Positions 24,138-37,290 of a DNA stretch of 64,000 nt are shown here, piece after piece (position 1 is the stretch's first letter; each line of letters begins with the position of its first letter). The notes under the pieces were generated by a model, which was not told where the DNA came from, searched no databases, and saw nothing but the letters and a program-made list of their open reading frames with translations. The DNA comes from Malacoraja senta (lineage: Eukaryota), in assembly GCA_038087875.1 (NCBI GenBank), contig CM075988.1, positions 24,244,001-24,308,000 of the forward strand, given 5' to 3'. The position numbers and the translations under genes are program-made.

Positions 24138-24709
24138 CAAGAGGTTGTTGTAAACTTCTAATCTCTCGTCGTGATCCAAACCCCATCTCGTGGAATATCC
24201 AGGTGAGCCATTGTCTCACACTCCCTTCATTGCAAGTATATATTCACTAAAGTAGTGAGAGCTGTACTGTACACATTATCCAACTATGGTCCCACAAGGA
24301 TCCCACACAATTGCAGTCATACATCTTTACTCTTGCATTTAAATCCTCTTTCAATAAAGACCAACGTGCCGTTTGCCTTTCTAATTGCTTGCTGTACCCA
24401 CAAGTTAGCTTTCAGTAATTCTCAGTGAAGCTGATGTATGGGTCTCCCAATAATCATTAATTACGTCCAGGACGAGAGTATTTACACACGAGCAAATAAT
24501 GAAGTGTTTAACATGTCCTCCAAATGCAGTCAAATATAAATTCCTTTGTTGAAACAGGGACATGTCGAAGCAAGGAAGTCAGAACCTGGTCATGGGACAG
24601 GAGGAATCACAGATGGGGAGCAGGAAGAGAGGAAGAGAAACACCTTAGTTGCTCATACATGTTGTCATTGCTCAATAAGGGTTACCTACGAAGTTTGGGC
24701 ATTTACTGT

Positions 24710-26212
24710 TATGAGAGTAAGCATGCAGGTACAGCAGGCAGTGAAGAAAGCCAATGGCATGTTGGCCTTTATAAAAAGAGGAATCGAATATAGGAGCAAA
24801 GAGGTCCTTCTGCAGTGGTACAGAGCCCTAGTGAGACCACACCTGGAGTATTGTGTGCAGTTTTGGTCCCTTAATTTGAGGAAGGACATTCTTGCTATTG
24901 AGGGAGTGCAGCGTAGGTTTACAAGGTTAATTCCCGGGATGGCGGGACTGTCATATGCTGAGAGAATGGAGCAGCTGGGCTCGTACACTCTGGAGTTTAG
25001 AAGGATGAGAGGGCATCTCATTGAAACATATAAGAATGTTAAGGGCTTGGACACACTAGAGGCTGGAAACATGTTCCCAATGCTGGGGGGAGTCCAGAAC
25101 CAGGGGCCACAGTTTAAGAATAAGGAGTAAGCCATTTAGAACGGAGACGAGGAAACACTTTTTCTCACAGAGAGTGATGAGTCTGTGGAATTCTCTGCCT
25201 CAGAGGGCGGTGGAGGCCGGTTCTCTGAATGCTTTCAAGAGAGAGCTAGATAGTCAAGTCGTCATGTCAATCCCAAGAAGCTACTATAGCGCACTCATTT
25301 GTTTTCTGTACAAAAATTCAAAAATTTTGGATTGAAATTTTCGAAATCTTTACATAATTATTTAAAATAAAACTGATACCCAAAGCAGAATGGATTATCT
25401 TCGGAATAACGGAAGATGGTCCAGAACTAAATGTGTTTCAAAAGAAACTAATAGACTACGGGTTAATAACTGGAAAAAAGCTAATCCTAAAATTTTGGAA
25501 GAAGGCTCCAATACCAACTATAAACATATGGATTTCAAATATGTTCGAAACACTACACCTAGAAGAGATAAGACTCCTCCTGGCAGGTAAACCAGATCAC
25601 TTCCATCTGACGTGGTCTGCATTTATAGAATTATTACAAATATAGGGTGCAAAGGTACCTTAAAAAAAAAACTGAGGTCAGGTAAGGGGGGATGATAGTT
25701 GAAGAGTTGGTATGTTCCATTTGCATAATGCTCATAAAAACTATTTGTTTTTCTCTTTTCCCTCTTTCTCTTTCTCCTTCTTTTCTAGGGTCTATTTCTT
25801 AACTCTTTTTCTTTTGTTTTTAATTTTGTTCTTATAGGGTCTTCGTTCTTTTTTGTTGTCACACTTTCTACACTCTCACTTTTTCCTTCACTTTCTTCTT
25901 TCTTTCAATCTCATCCTTTCCCTTTTGTAGTGTAAAAAACAAAGGGAGTACATTAATTGTAAGAAGACATAAGTGACGAGTACTAATGTATGTGGTTGTA
26001 ATGTAATGTACTTCTAATAAATTAAAATTTAAAAAAAAAGAAAGAAAAAAAGAGAGAGCTAGATAGGGCTCTTAAAAATAGCGGAGTCAGGGGATATGGG
26101 GAGAAGGCAGGAACGGGGTACTGATTGGGGATGATCAGCCATGATCACATTGAATGGCGGTGCTGGCTCGAAGGGCCGAATGGCCTACTCCTGCACCTAT
26201 TGTCTATTGTCT
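24710..26212 (+). mobile_element. CR1 3' fragment interrupted by an L1 insertion
   Basis: SMQVQQAVKKANGMLAFI...RPHLEYCVQFW frame; 3' UTR resumes at 26050. Confidence 0.92.
25254..26049 (+). mobile_element. L1-clade LINE 3' fragment
   Basis: CQSQEATIAHSFVFCTKIQKFW knuckle remnant and KKLILKFWKK..PT..W motif; T-rich UTR, aataaa plus A-rich tail; 17-bp TSD aagagagagctagatag at 25237-25253 and 26050-26066. Confidence 0.88.
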
Positions 26213-26365
26213 ACTGTAATCTAAAGCTACTGGAGACATGAAGATAAAAAAGTTCCGTGAGACTGGTGAATTCTGTCTTCAACCAAGCAGTTTTGCCGGG
26301 TTGAAAATAGAGGTTTAGCACGGAACCATTAGCTTCATCGAGCTCACATAACAAAAACAAGAAGG

Positions 26366-27000
26366 ACATGACTGGTTGCATCATTGTCTGGTTCGACAAC
26401 TTGAACGTCCAGGAGCAGAAAAGACTGCAAAAGGTTGTGAACACTGCCCAGTCCATCACCGGCTCTGACCTCCCCACCATCGAAGGGATCTATCGGAGGC
26501 GCTGCCTCAAAAAGGCAGCAAACATCATCAGAGACCCACACCATCCTGGCCTCACACTCATTTCCCTACATCCATCAGGCTATTAAACACTACAACTTCA
26601 TATAGGCTCTGAACTACAATAGACTATTGTTACTATTGTTTAAGAAAGAACTGCAGATGCTGGAAAAATCGAAGGTAGACAAAAATGCTGGAGAAACTCA
26701 GCGGGTGAGGCAGCATCTATGGAGCGAAGGAATAGGTGACGTTTGGGGTCGAGACCCTTCTTCAGACTCCTATTATTGTTGCACTGTTTTGTTTGTTTTT
26801 TTGAGTATGTGTGTATGTATATATATATATATATATGGGTATGTTGTGAGTATGTGTATATATACACACCGAGCTTTTCTTTTCTCTCTCTCAAGTTTGT
26901 CATATCATACTATGTTTACATATTCTGTTGTGCTGCAGCAAGTAAGAATTTAATTGTTCTATCTGAGACATATGACGATAAAACACTCTTGACTCTTGCC
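26366..27000 (+). mobile_element. Rex1/Babar-type 3' fragment with a Penelope 3' end inserted (~26638-26768)
   Basis: TGCIIVWFDN...LQKVVNTAQSITGSDLP...RCLKKAANIIRDPHHP. Confidence 0.85.
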
Positions 27001-27883
27001 TCCTTTAAGGACTGAGTACCAATTCATTTCACTGTGCCTTCGTTGGTACATGTGCCAAATAAAGTTGACTTTGGCTTTGACAGTTGTGGAGTGATTTGAG
27101 TCATGTGGTATATTCATGTCTTACCAGTCTCGTGAATGTGTGTGCGGTTATGCGCGGTGTACTTTTGTAAAATATAGAAGACCCACCCTGGCAACCGCTT
27201 GACTGAAACCAGCGTTACTTTCCATCCTCTGCCACTACCGTGATATCTTACAACTCCAGCAGCTCCCATTCACCTCCCTCAACGTTCTAATCCCAGAAAT
27301 CCATACTGGTGCCTTTCCAGAAATGTTGACTTTGTGCTTCATTTGTTGTGCGTGGCCCAGTGTTCCACAACTCTACCCTTTTGATGGTAAACCACCTGTG
27401 CCAATGGCCACCTTTATTCACATCACATATTGAACAGGTAAACTGGCCTCTTCAATCATCTTTGTCATCTTTGTCAATAACCCCATCATGAAATCTTCAA
27501 TAAGGTCATTTCAACACCTTTTGTTTAAACCAATGAGAACAACTTTCGTATCCTATTTTATAATTTGAATATCAAGAACTATTTTGGTTGTTATTTTCTG
27601 CTTAACGTTGTTTTTATAATTTGCTAGCCAGAACTGTACCCAACACCCAATATAAAGTTTGACTGGTATTTTAAAATGTTATTCCTTGTATTTCACACAG
27701 TTCAACAGGTGAAAACGCCATTGTGTGATTGAGACAGGCCTAATGTAAGTGGAGATGGAGATGGTGTACAAGTGGTGGCGGTTTGGAGGTTACACACATG
27801 CACGGGGAAAGGGACCAATTGGATGTACTGACAGAATCAGAGCAGATTAGCCTGAGCTTACATGGGGCAATACCAGCATGGAT

Positions 27884-28019
27884 CTTCTTCTTGCGTGTGG
27901 CGTGCACAGCCTAAAGTTGTAGGTCAACTTGTTCTATTTGATCTCTTGTTTGTGCACGCCAGGTTGATTGCATTAGTCGAAACAGGGCGGACCAGGTGAA
28001 GGTTGCAATCTCCCACCCC
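27884..28019 (-). mobile_element. Ribozyme-headed short retroposon, family A
   Basis: 10-bp TSD cagcatggat at 27874-27883 and 28022-28031; HDV-like fold at 28019-27966; (AAG)n tail. Confidence 0.9.
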
Positions 28020-28044
28020 GTCAGCATGGATGAGATGGGTTAAA

Positions 28045-28270
28045 TAAAACACAAAGTGCCGGAGTAACACGATGGGCCAGGCACCATCTCTGGAGAACAC
28101 CAATAGGTGATATTTCAGGTCGGGACCCTTCTAAAGAAGGGTCTGAAGTCTGAAGAAGGGTCCTGACCCAAATGGTCTCCACTCGATGTTCTCCACATAT
28201 GCTGCCTGACCCACCGAGATACTCCAGCACTTTGTGTTTTACTCATGATTCCAACCTCTGCAATTCTGTT
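28045..28270. mobile_element. Older Penelope-derived palindromic insertion
   Basis: aaaacacaaagtgccggagta...tactccagcactttgtgtttt inverted arms. Confidence 0.75.
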
Positions 28271-30239
28271 TGTCACCATGGGTTGAATCGTTTGCCTGAG
28301 TGTTGTGGATTATATGTAACTGTGTAGAAACAATACATTGTTGTTATTTTACACTGCGGTTGAAAGCCTCAATTATATTATTCCTGGATATCTTCCCTGA
28401 TTAATCATCTCTGCTGCAAAATAAATGCGATAGCAAGTGAAGACAAGATATGACTGGGTTATGATGCCCTCGAGGCACTGACAAGGCTAGAATGAATGAC
28501 TGCCTGAGCAGAAGGCTCCAGAGCTCCCCAAACTGTTCCCTACAGGAATGCAAGATATTAGGTGTGGCAGCTATGTTGTTAAGTTATTAACCTCACAATT
28601 AGAGGCCCTGCCCACTGACAGAGCGATACGAGCTTAAATATCTGCGGGTTTATTTTAAGTCAATCAATTAAGTTCATAAGGTAGCCAAAAGTACTGGAGA
28701 AACACAGCGGGTGCAGCAGCATCTATGGAGCGAAGGAAATAGGCAACTTTTCGGGCCGAAACCCTTCTTCAGACATAAGTTCATATGTTCATCAGTGATA
28801 GGAGCAGAATTAGGCCATTCGGCCCATCGAATCGACTCTGCCATTCACCATGAATGTGTGATCCATCTTCCTCTCTCAACCCCATTCTCCTGCCTTCTCC
28901 CCGTAACCCCTGACATCCGTACTAATCAGTTAAATTAGTGTGGCACGATAAATCACGACTCGTAATAACCACGCAACCACTGGATCGTTGTAAAATCCCA
29001 CCAGGTTCATCTGGGAAGAAAAACTGGCATCTTTTCATTTAGCTTGGTCTCTGTGTGATTCTTGGCCGTTCAATGTAGTTGACTTTTAATTACGTGCTTA
29101 ATTCAGGAGCAACTACGTTTGGACAGAAAGCATTTCCCACAATTTTTGTGAATGAATCAAGAAAAGAACATTCTTATTTCCTTTCCAAAACTAATTTGCC
29201 TCTGATCTATTTTGGTTCGCATTTGCCACCTGCGTCTTGGTTAATCAAAGGATCTAATCATGTTTAAATTGCTCTGTTTACTCACCCTCTTGTTTAGTTG
29301 CTGTCTATAGGCCTGGATATTTCACTCCACTCTTGACCAAATGAAATATCAAATGGACCAAGATGATGCTGGCAATGCTTTACAAACATCACATTTTCAA
29401 TTAGCTTCTAATTTCCAACTGTATCATTCTGGCAATTAACAAAAAAAACAAATGTTACAAGAAATTCCACATAGGGACATTGGCAGGGGTAATGCAAATT
29501 GATTTTTAGAACTGTGTAATAGATTGTGTTTTGTAAAAAACGGATGGTTTAAAAAATGATATGGACTGGGATAATATACTCAAATGAATTGGATTTTTAT
29601 TTCCTCCATTTGTGATGGCATCCAAGTATATCAGTGCCTTGTAACACACCCAAACCAATGATTACTTTATGAAGAGAGAATTTTAAGATGCAAGATGGTA
29701 ACACATATAACAGTGGCCAGTCAAAAATCAGAAGAGTAATTGCAAAGAACAGTTTATGTGACATATGAAATCTGTGCAGGCACATGTTTAAATCTTCCAC
29801 TCTTGCAGTACATTTGCTCTGTGGTTAATGTGGCTTCCATTATTTCTTGCGTCTCAATCAGTGCTTCCTGTCTTGGTCAACGGCAGGTCAGTGCATTGTC
29901 GTCTATGTGTCATTTACTCTAGGTTCCAATCTGACTTCTGGCTTCTGTGCTGTGTTAGCTGCAGGGTGCCCCGTGCAGATGAAGGGATAGTTGGGGGAAT
30001 AACATCTGGATACTTTGAGTGGTTCCCTTCTGGAAGTTAGGGAGAAAATGGAAAAGGAATTCCCTGACAGCGAACTAACTTTGCTTCAGTAAAACAATTT
30101 GTAAATTGTCCTTCGTGTGTAGAATAAAGCCAGTGTACGGGGATCACTGGTCAGCGCGGACTCAGTTGGCTGAAGGACCTGTTTCCATTCTGCATCTCTA
30201 AACTAAGCTAAACTAAACTAACCTTCCAAATACCATATA

Positions 30240-30742
30240 GACTTTAGACTTCAGCGATACAGTGCATAAACAGGCCCTTCAGCCCACCAAGTCCATGCCA
30301 ACCAGCAATCACCCTGTAGACTAGCACTATGCTACACACTAGGGACAATTTACAATTCACCGAAGCCAATTAACTTACAAACCTGTTTAAGAAGGAACTG
30401 CAGATGCTGGAAAATCGAAGGCAGACAAAAGTGCTGGAGAAACTCAGCGGGTGCAGCAACATCTATGGAGCGAAGGAAATAGGCAACGTTTCGGCCCGAA
30501 ATGTTGCCTATTTCCTTCGCTCCATAGATGCTGCTGCACCCGCTGAGTTTCTCCAGCACTTTTGTCTAACCTACAAACCTGTGTGTCTTTGGAGTGTGGG
30601 AGGAAACTGGAGCACCTAGAGAACAGGAAGAACATACAAACTCCGTACAGACGGCAACCGTAGTCAGGATCAAACACGTAGTCAGGATCAAACCCGGGTC
30701 TCTGGCGATGTAAGGCAGCAACTCTACCGCTGCGCCACCGTG
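30240..30742 (-). mobile_element. V-SINE with a Penelope palindrome inserted (30387-30566)
   Basis: SINE motifs on both sides; TSD taac(t/c)tacaaacctgt at 30371-30386 and 30567-30582. Confidence 0.88.
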
Positions 30743-30999
30743 TATCTGCACAATTGCACTTTAGTCTGGCTGTTGAAAGGTCTATGAAAACTTACTCCAG
30801 AATGTGGCAGGAAAGATAAAATAGTTGATGAGAGGTTGAGGAGGGAGTGAGGGTTGTGTGGGAATTAGAATTAGCATTAACACCGTATGTTACGGTGCGT
30901 TGCTTACCAGTGCTATTTCCGGGTTACAGTTGTGCGTAGGGCCTTGAATTTAAAATCCATACTCAGTCATCAGTAAAATAATCAGTAAAATAAAATAAA

Positions 31000-31293
31000 A
31001 GGGTCTGAAGAAGGGTTTCGGACCGAAACGTTGCCTATTTCCTTCGCACCATAGATGCTGACCTATGTTTGACCTTTACAGTGAAGGCAGACAAAAGTGC
31101 TGGAGAAACTCAGCGGGTGCAGCAGCATCTATGGAGCGAAGGAAATAGGCAACGTTTCGGCCCGAAACCCTTTCGGGTTTCGTCCCGAAACGTTGCCTAT
31201 TTCCTTCAGGGTTTCGTCCCGAAACGTTGCCTATTTCCTTCGCTCCATAGATGCTGCTGCACCCGCTGAGTTTCTCCAGCATTTTTGTCTACC
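31000..31293. mobile_element. Complex Penelope-derived palindrome
   Basis: ctgaagaagggtttcggaccgaaacgttg core plus nested inverted and tandem arms; direct repeat atcagtaaaataaaa on both sides. Confidence 0.85.
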
Positions 31294-31644
31294 ATCAGTA
31301 AAATAAAACTGTTTGTTCCCCTTCATCTAATTCCATGTTGCTCTTGTTATTTTTTTTTTTGGCAGATTGCTCCTCCACAACATTCAACCATAATTGTCCT
31401 GCAAAGAGACGATTGAACATGCCTCCTCATTAGTTGTGTGTGATAAATGAGGTGTGTGATCTGAAGGAGAGCCATGGCGTGAAGGGGTGGAGATGGCCAT
31501 ACCCATGAGCAGTGAAGCAGGATGAAGCAATCCTCTCCGGCCAGGAGGCAGAACAACATTCCCTCCTCCGGTTTACCTCCTTCTTCACACGGAGATACCA
31601 GTAAATGCCGCACACAGTCTGTATCTCGGCTTCAGTGGTAGACT

Positions 31645-32012
31645 GTTAAGGGCTTGGACACGCTAGAAGCAGGAAACATGTTCCCGATGTTGGGGGGAGT
31701 CCAGAACCAGGGGCCACAGTTTAAGAATAAGGAGTAAGCCATTTAGAACGGAGACGAGGAAACACTTTTTCTCACAGAGAGTGGTGAGTCTGTGGAATTC
31801 TCTGCTTCAGAGGGCGGTGGAGGCAGGTTTCTCTGGATGCTTTCAAGAGAGAGCTAGATAGGGCTCTTAAAGATAGCGGAGTCAGGGGATATGGGGAGAA
31901 GGCAGGAACGGGGTACTGATTGGGGATGATCAGCCATGATCACATTGAATGGCGGTGCTGGCTCGAAGGGCCAAATGGCTTACTCCTGCACCTATTGTCT
32001 ATTGTCTATTGT
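31645..32012 (+). mobile_element. CR1 3' fragment
   Basis: Near-identical to the other young CR1 3' ends; (tattgtc)n tail. Confidence 0.95.
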
Positions 32013-32222
32013 CAAAAACGCCGGAGAAACTCAGCGGGTGAGGCAGCATCTATAGCCCGAAAGGTCGCCTATTCCTTTGCTCCATAGATGCTATAGAAGA
32101 TATGTCCCTATAGAAGATAGTTTCGGGTCGAGACCCTTCTTCAGACTGATGTGGACTAAGGGAATGGTTGGGGAATAGCATCTACAAATTATTAGTGGCC
32201 TCATTGAAGCATACAGAATAGT

Positions 32223-32366
32223 TTTATTCTTCTTCTTGTGTATGGCGTGCACAGCCTAAAGTTGGAGGTCAACTTGTTCTATTTGATGTTATTTGATTGT
32301 GCACGCCGGGTTGATTGCATTAGTCGAAACAGGGTGGACCACGTGAAGGTTGCAATCTCCCACCCC
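32223..32366 (-). mobile_element. Ribozyme-headed short retroposon, family A (best copy)
   Basis: 12-bp TSD atacagaatagt at 32211-32222 and 32367-32378; tail AAGAAGAAGAATAAA. Confidence 0.92.
32313..32366 (-). ncRNA. Minimal HDV-like ribozyme (54 nt)
   Basis: GGGGTGG GA GATTGCA ACC TTCACGT GGT CCACCCT GTTTCGA CTAA TGCAATC: P1 7 bp with G1-U wobble, P2 7 bp, P3 3 bp, L3, catalytic-C J4/2 CUAA. Confidence 0.87.
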
Positions 32367-32369
32367 ATA

Positions 32370-32730
32370 CAGAATAGTGAAAGGCCTGGATAGAGTGGAT
32401 GTGGAGAGGAATTTTCCACTAGTGGGAGGGTCCAGGACCAGAGGTCATAGCCTCAGAATTAAAGGACGTTCTTTTAGGAAGGAGATGAATGTATCTAGTC
32501 AGAGGGTGGTGAATCTGTGGAATTCTTTGCCACAGAAGGCTGTGGAGGCCACAAGTCAGTGGATATTTTTAAGGCAGAGATAGATAGATTCTTGATTAGT
32601 ACGGGTGTCGGAGGTTATGGGAAGAAGGCAGGAGAATGGGGTTTGGATGGAGAGATAGATCAGCCATGGTTGAATGACGGAGTAAACCTGATGGGCCGAA
32701 TGGTCTAATTCTGCTCCTATTACCTATGAC
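32370..32730 (+). mobile_element. CR1 3' fragment
   Basis: KGLDRVDVERNFP...RTRGHSLRIKG. Confidence 0.9.
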
Positions 32731-32894
32731 CTTATGGCCTCTGCTGGAAGCTAGGGAGAAAATGGACAAGGGATTCCCTGATAGTGGACCAATCTTCCAA
32801 CACTCATGTCTATAAATGGGCAATAAATGCTGGCATTTATTGACGTCTTCCAGTTCTCCTCCAAGTTTGGCAAAAGAATAAATCAGGGAAGGTA

Positions 32895-34938
32895 GTGCAT
32901 CCGTGGATAACAAGGGAAATCAGGGATAGTATCAACACAAAAGAGGAAGCCTACAAATTAGCCAGAACAAGCAGCCTACCAGAGGACTGGGAGAAATTCA
33001 GAGTCCTGCAGAGGAGGACAAAAGGCTTAATTAGGAAAGGGAAAATAGATTATGAAAGAAAATTGGCAGGGAACATAAAAACTGACTGCAAATGTTTTTA
33101 TAGATATGTCAAGAGGAAAAGATTAGTTAAAACAAATGTAGGTCCCTTGCAGTCAGAAACAGGCGAATTGATCATGGGGAACAAGGACATGGCAGACCAA
33201 TTGAATAATTACTTTGGTTCTGTCTTCACTAAGGAAGACATAAATAATCTGCCGGAAATAGCAAGGGACCGGGGGTTAAATGAGATGGAGGAACTGAGTG
33301 AAATCCAGGTTAGCCGGGAAGTGGTGTTAGGTAAATTGAATGGATTAAAGGCCGATAAATCCCCAGGGCCGGATAAGTTGCATCCCAGAGTACTTAAGGA
33401 AGTAGCCCCAGAAATAGTGGATGCATTAGTGATCATTTTTCAAAACTCTTTAGAGTCTGGAGTAGTTCCTGAGGAGTAGCTAATGTAACCGCACTTTTTA
33501 AAAAGGGAGGGAGAGAGAATGCGAGGAATTACAGACCAGTTAGTCTAACATCGGTGGTGGGGAAAATTCTGGAGTCAGTTATTAAAGATGGGATAGCAGC
33601 ACATTTGGAAAGTGGTGAGTTCATTGGACAAAGTCAGCATGAAAGGTAAATCATGTCTGACGAATCTTATAGAATTTTTCGAGGATGTAACTAGTAGAGT
33701 GGATAAGGGAGAACCAGTGGATGTGTTATATCTGGACTTTCAGAAGGCTTTCGACAAGGTCCCACATAAGAGATTAGCATACAAACTTAAAGCACATGGT
33801 ATTGGGGGTTCAGTATTGATGTGGATAGAGAACTGGCTGGCAGACAGGAAGCAAAGAGTAGGAGTAAACGGGTCCTTTTCAGAATGGCAGGCAGTGACTA
33901 GTGGGGTACCGCAAGGCTCAGTGCTGGGACCCCAGCTAATTACAATATATATTAATGATCTGGATGAGGGAATTGAATGCAACATCTCCAAGTTGCGGAT
34001 GACACGAAGCTGGGGGGCAGTGTTAGCTGTGAGGAGGATGCTAGGAGGCTGCAAGGTGACTTGGATAGGTTGGGTGAGTGGGCAAAGGCATGGCAGATGC
34101 AGTATAATGTGGATAAATGTGAGGTTATCCACTTTGGTGACAAAAACAGGAAAGTAGACTATTATCTGAATGGTGGCCGATTAGGAAAAGGGGAGATGCA
34201 ACGAGACCTGGGTGTCATGGTACACCAGTCATTGAAAGTAGGAATGCAGGTGCAGCAGGCAGTGAAGAAAGCAAATGGTATGTTAGCATTCATAGCAAAA
34301 GGATTTGAGTATAAGAGCAGGGAGGTTCTACTGCAGTTGTACAGGGTCTTGGTGAGACTACACCTGGAGTATTGCGTACAGTTTTGGTCTCCAAATCTGA
34401 GGACAGACATTCTTGCCATAGAGGGAGTACAGAGAAGGTTCACCAGACTGATTCCAGACTGATTAGGGATGGCAGGACTTTCATATGAGGAAAGACTGGA
34501 TAGACTCGGCTTGTACACGTTGGAATTCAGAAGACTGAGGGGGGATCTTATAGAAACTTACAAAATTCTTATGGGGTTGGACAGGCTAGATGCAGGAAGA
34601 TTATTCCCGATGTTGGGGAAGTCCAGAACTAGGGGTCACAGTTTAAGATAAGAGGGAAGACTTTTAGGACCGAGATGAGGAAATCATTTTTTACACAGAG
34701 AGTGGTGAATCTGTGGAATTCTCTACCACAGAAGGTAGTTGAGGCCAGTTCATTGGCTATATTTAAGAGGGAGTTAGATGTGGCCCTTGTGGCTAAAGGG
34801 ATCAGGGGGTATGGAGAGAAGGCAGGGATGGGATACTGAGTTGGATGATCAGCCATGATCATATCAAATGGCGGTGCAGGCTCGAAGGGCCGAATGGCCT
34901 ACTCCTGCACCTATTTTCTATGTTTCTATGTTTCTATG
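32895..34938 (+). mobile_element. 5'-truncated CR1 LINE with disrupted ORF2 (reverse transcriptase)
   Basis: [47 protein letters not shown]-like LHLEYCVQFW motifs over several frames; CR1 3' UTR. Confidence 0.97.
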
Positions 34939-34939
34939 A

Positions 34940-35637
<698 letters not shown>

Positions 35638-37090
35638 TCATACAGCGAGGAAACAGGCCCTTCAGCCCTATTTACCCATGCTGGCCAACATGCCTCATCT
35701 ATACTAGTCCCACTTGCCTGCGTTTGGCCCATATCCCTCTAAACCTGTCCTGTCCAAACGTTGACGAGATGCTGTTTATGAATATGGATCGCTTCCTTCA
35801 TTCAGCGGTGACCATCTCCGTGTGAGCATGGACAGAAATGAGTGTTGGAACCGCACCCCCTCACCCACGTCCGCGGAGCTTGCAGCTAATTTTCACGCAG
35901 TCTGCTCACCTGAAACATTAAGGCTCCAATCCTGTCCATTCCTCCTCGGTCTCCGCATGCAAGCAATACCAAATACCAAAGGCCCTCGTGACTTACTTTC
36001 CTTACTCTAAGGTCCTGGGGATAAGTGCAACATCAAATTGCTGCTGAACTTACAATCAGCTAACTTGGCATTATCCAAGATATGAAACAGGGACCAAATA
36101 GTCACAGTTTTTAGTTAAGCACTGACTTTCTCCAATGGTCTATTGGGAAAGCTAGCTAATGCCATTTCTAATTTAAGATTCATCTGGAGTGCTTAAAACC
36201 GAATAATGAAATGGCAAACGGAATAGAAGAACTTCATATTTCAGATTGTCCTGTCTTAGAAACAGGGAAAGGTCAACAGCTCCAAGCAGCCGGGCAGTGT
36301 TTGTGAAGGTTTCAAAACAAATTATAAATAACTTCCCTTCTGAGTGAAACAAATATTGAGTGAAAGGTCATAGATTTAAAATAATTGGCAAATAACTGGA
36401 AGGGTAGAAAAAAATGTGTTTCCTACAGTGTTGTTAGACGAGACACACAGTGGGATGGCAAGTTGCCTTTGATTCCTGCACTGCAATCATAGAGTGCACA
36501 TAGGCATTGTATTCGCTCTGTAAAATTGAGTTCCATTGACTTTCATTGACAGGAGTTTGCAGAGTTCCACAGCAAATTCGGACAGGTGCATGGATGTTAC
36601 ACGTTTGGACAGGTACATGGATAGGTAAGGTTTAGAGGGATAGGGGCCAAACGCGGGCAGGTGGGACACTAGTGTAGATACCTTGGTTGGCGTGGGAAGG
36701 CTGGGCCGAAGGGCCTGTTTCCGTGCTGTGTGACTCTATGACAATCCAGCAACATCTCCTCTCACTAGATGCCAAGATTGCTCAGGTGCTAATGCAGCAA
36801 ATAGTGGGAACTCGATGGGGCATGGATCCACTACACACACAGACAGGAAGACCCTTGTGTAAGACGGTCATGGGCGGAATGCATAAAGTTATTGGGTGAC
36901 TGTTGCCTGCAGTATAGCAGGTTGCCATATGACATTTGTTTGGAATGATTTTGTGGTGGCTTTTACTTTGTGCCTGTGGCTAGTAGACTCTGTGATGGTG
37001 CATGTCAGATGGACAATAGGTTCGGACTGTGGTAAGTGGGTTTTATAGTTGTGATTAGTGCAGCAACACTCAGATGGTCCACAAAGAAGG

Positions 37091-37290
37091 NNNNNNNNNN
37101 NNNNNNNNNNNNNNNNNNNNNNNNNNNNNNNNNNNNNNNNNNNNNNNNNNNNNNNNNNNNNNNNNNNNNNNNNNNNNNNNNNNNNNNNNNNNNNNNNNNN
37201 NNNNNNNNNNNNNNNNNNNNNNNNNNNNNNNNNNNNNNNNNNNNNNNNNNNNNNNNNNNNNNNNNNNNNNNNNNNNNNNNNNNNNNNNNN
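37091..37290. other. Assembly gap
   Basis: Run of N. Confidence 1.
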
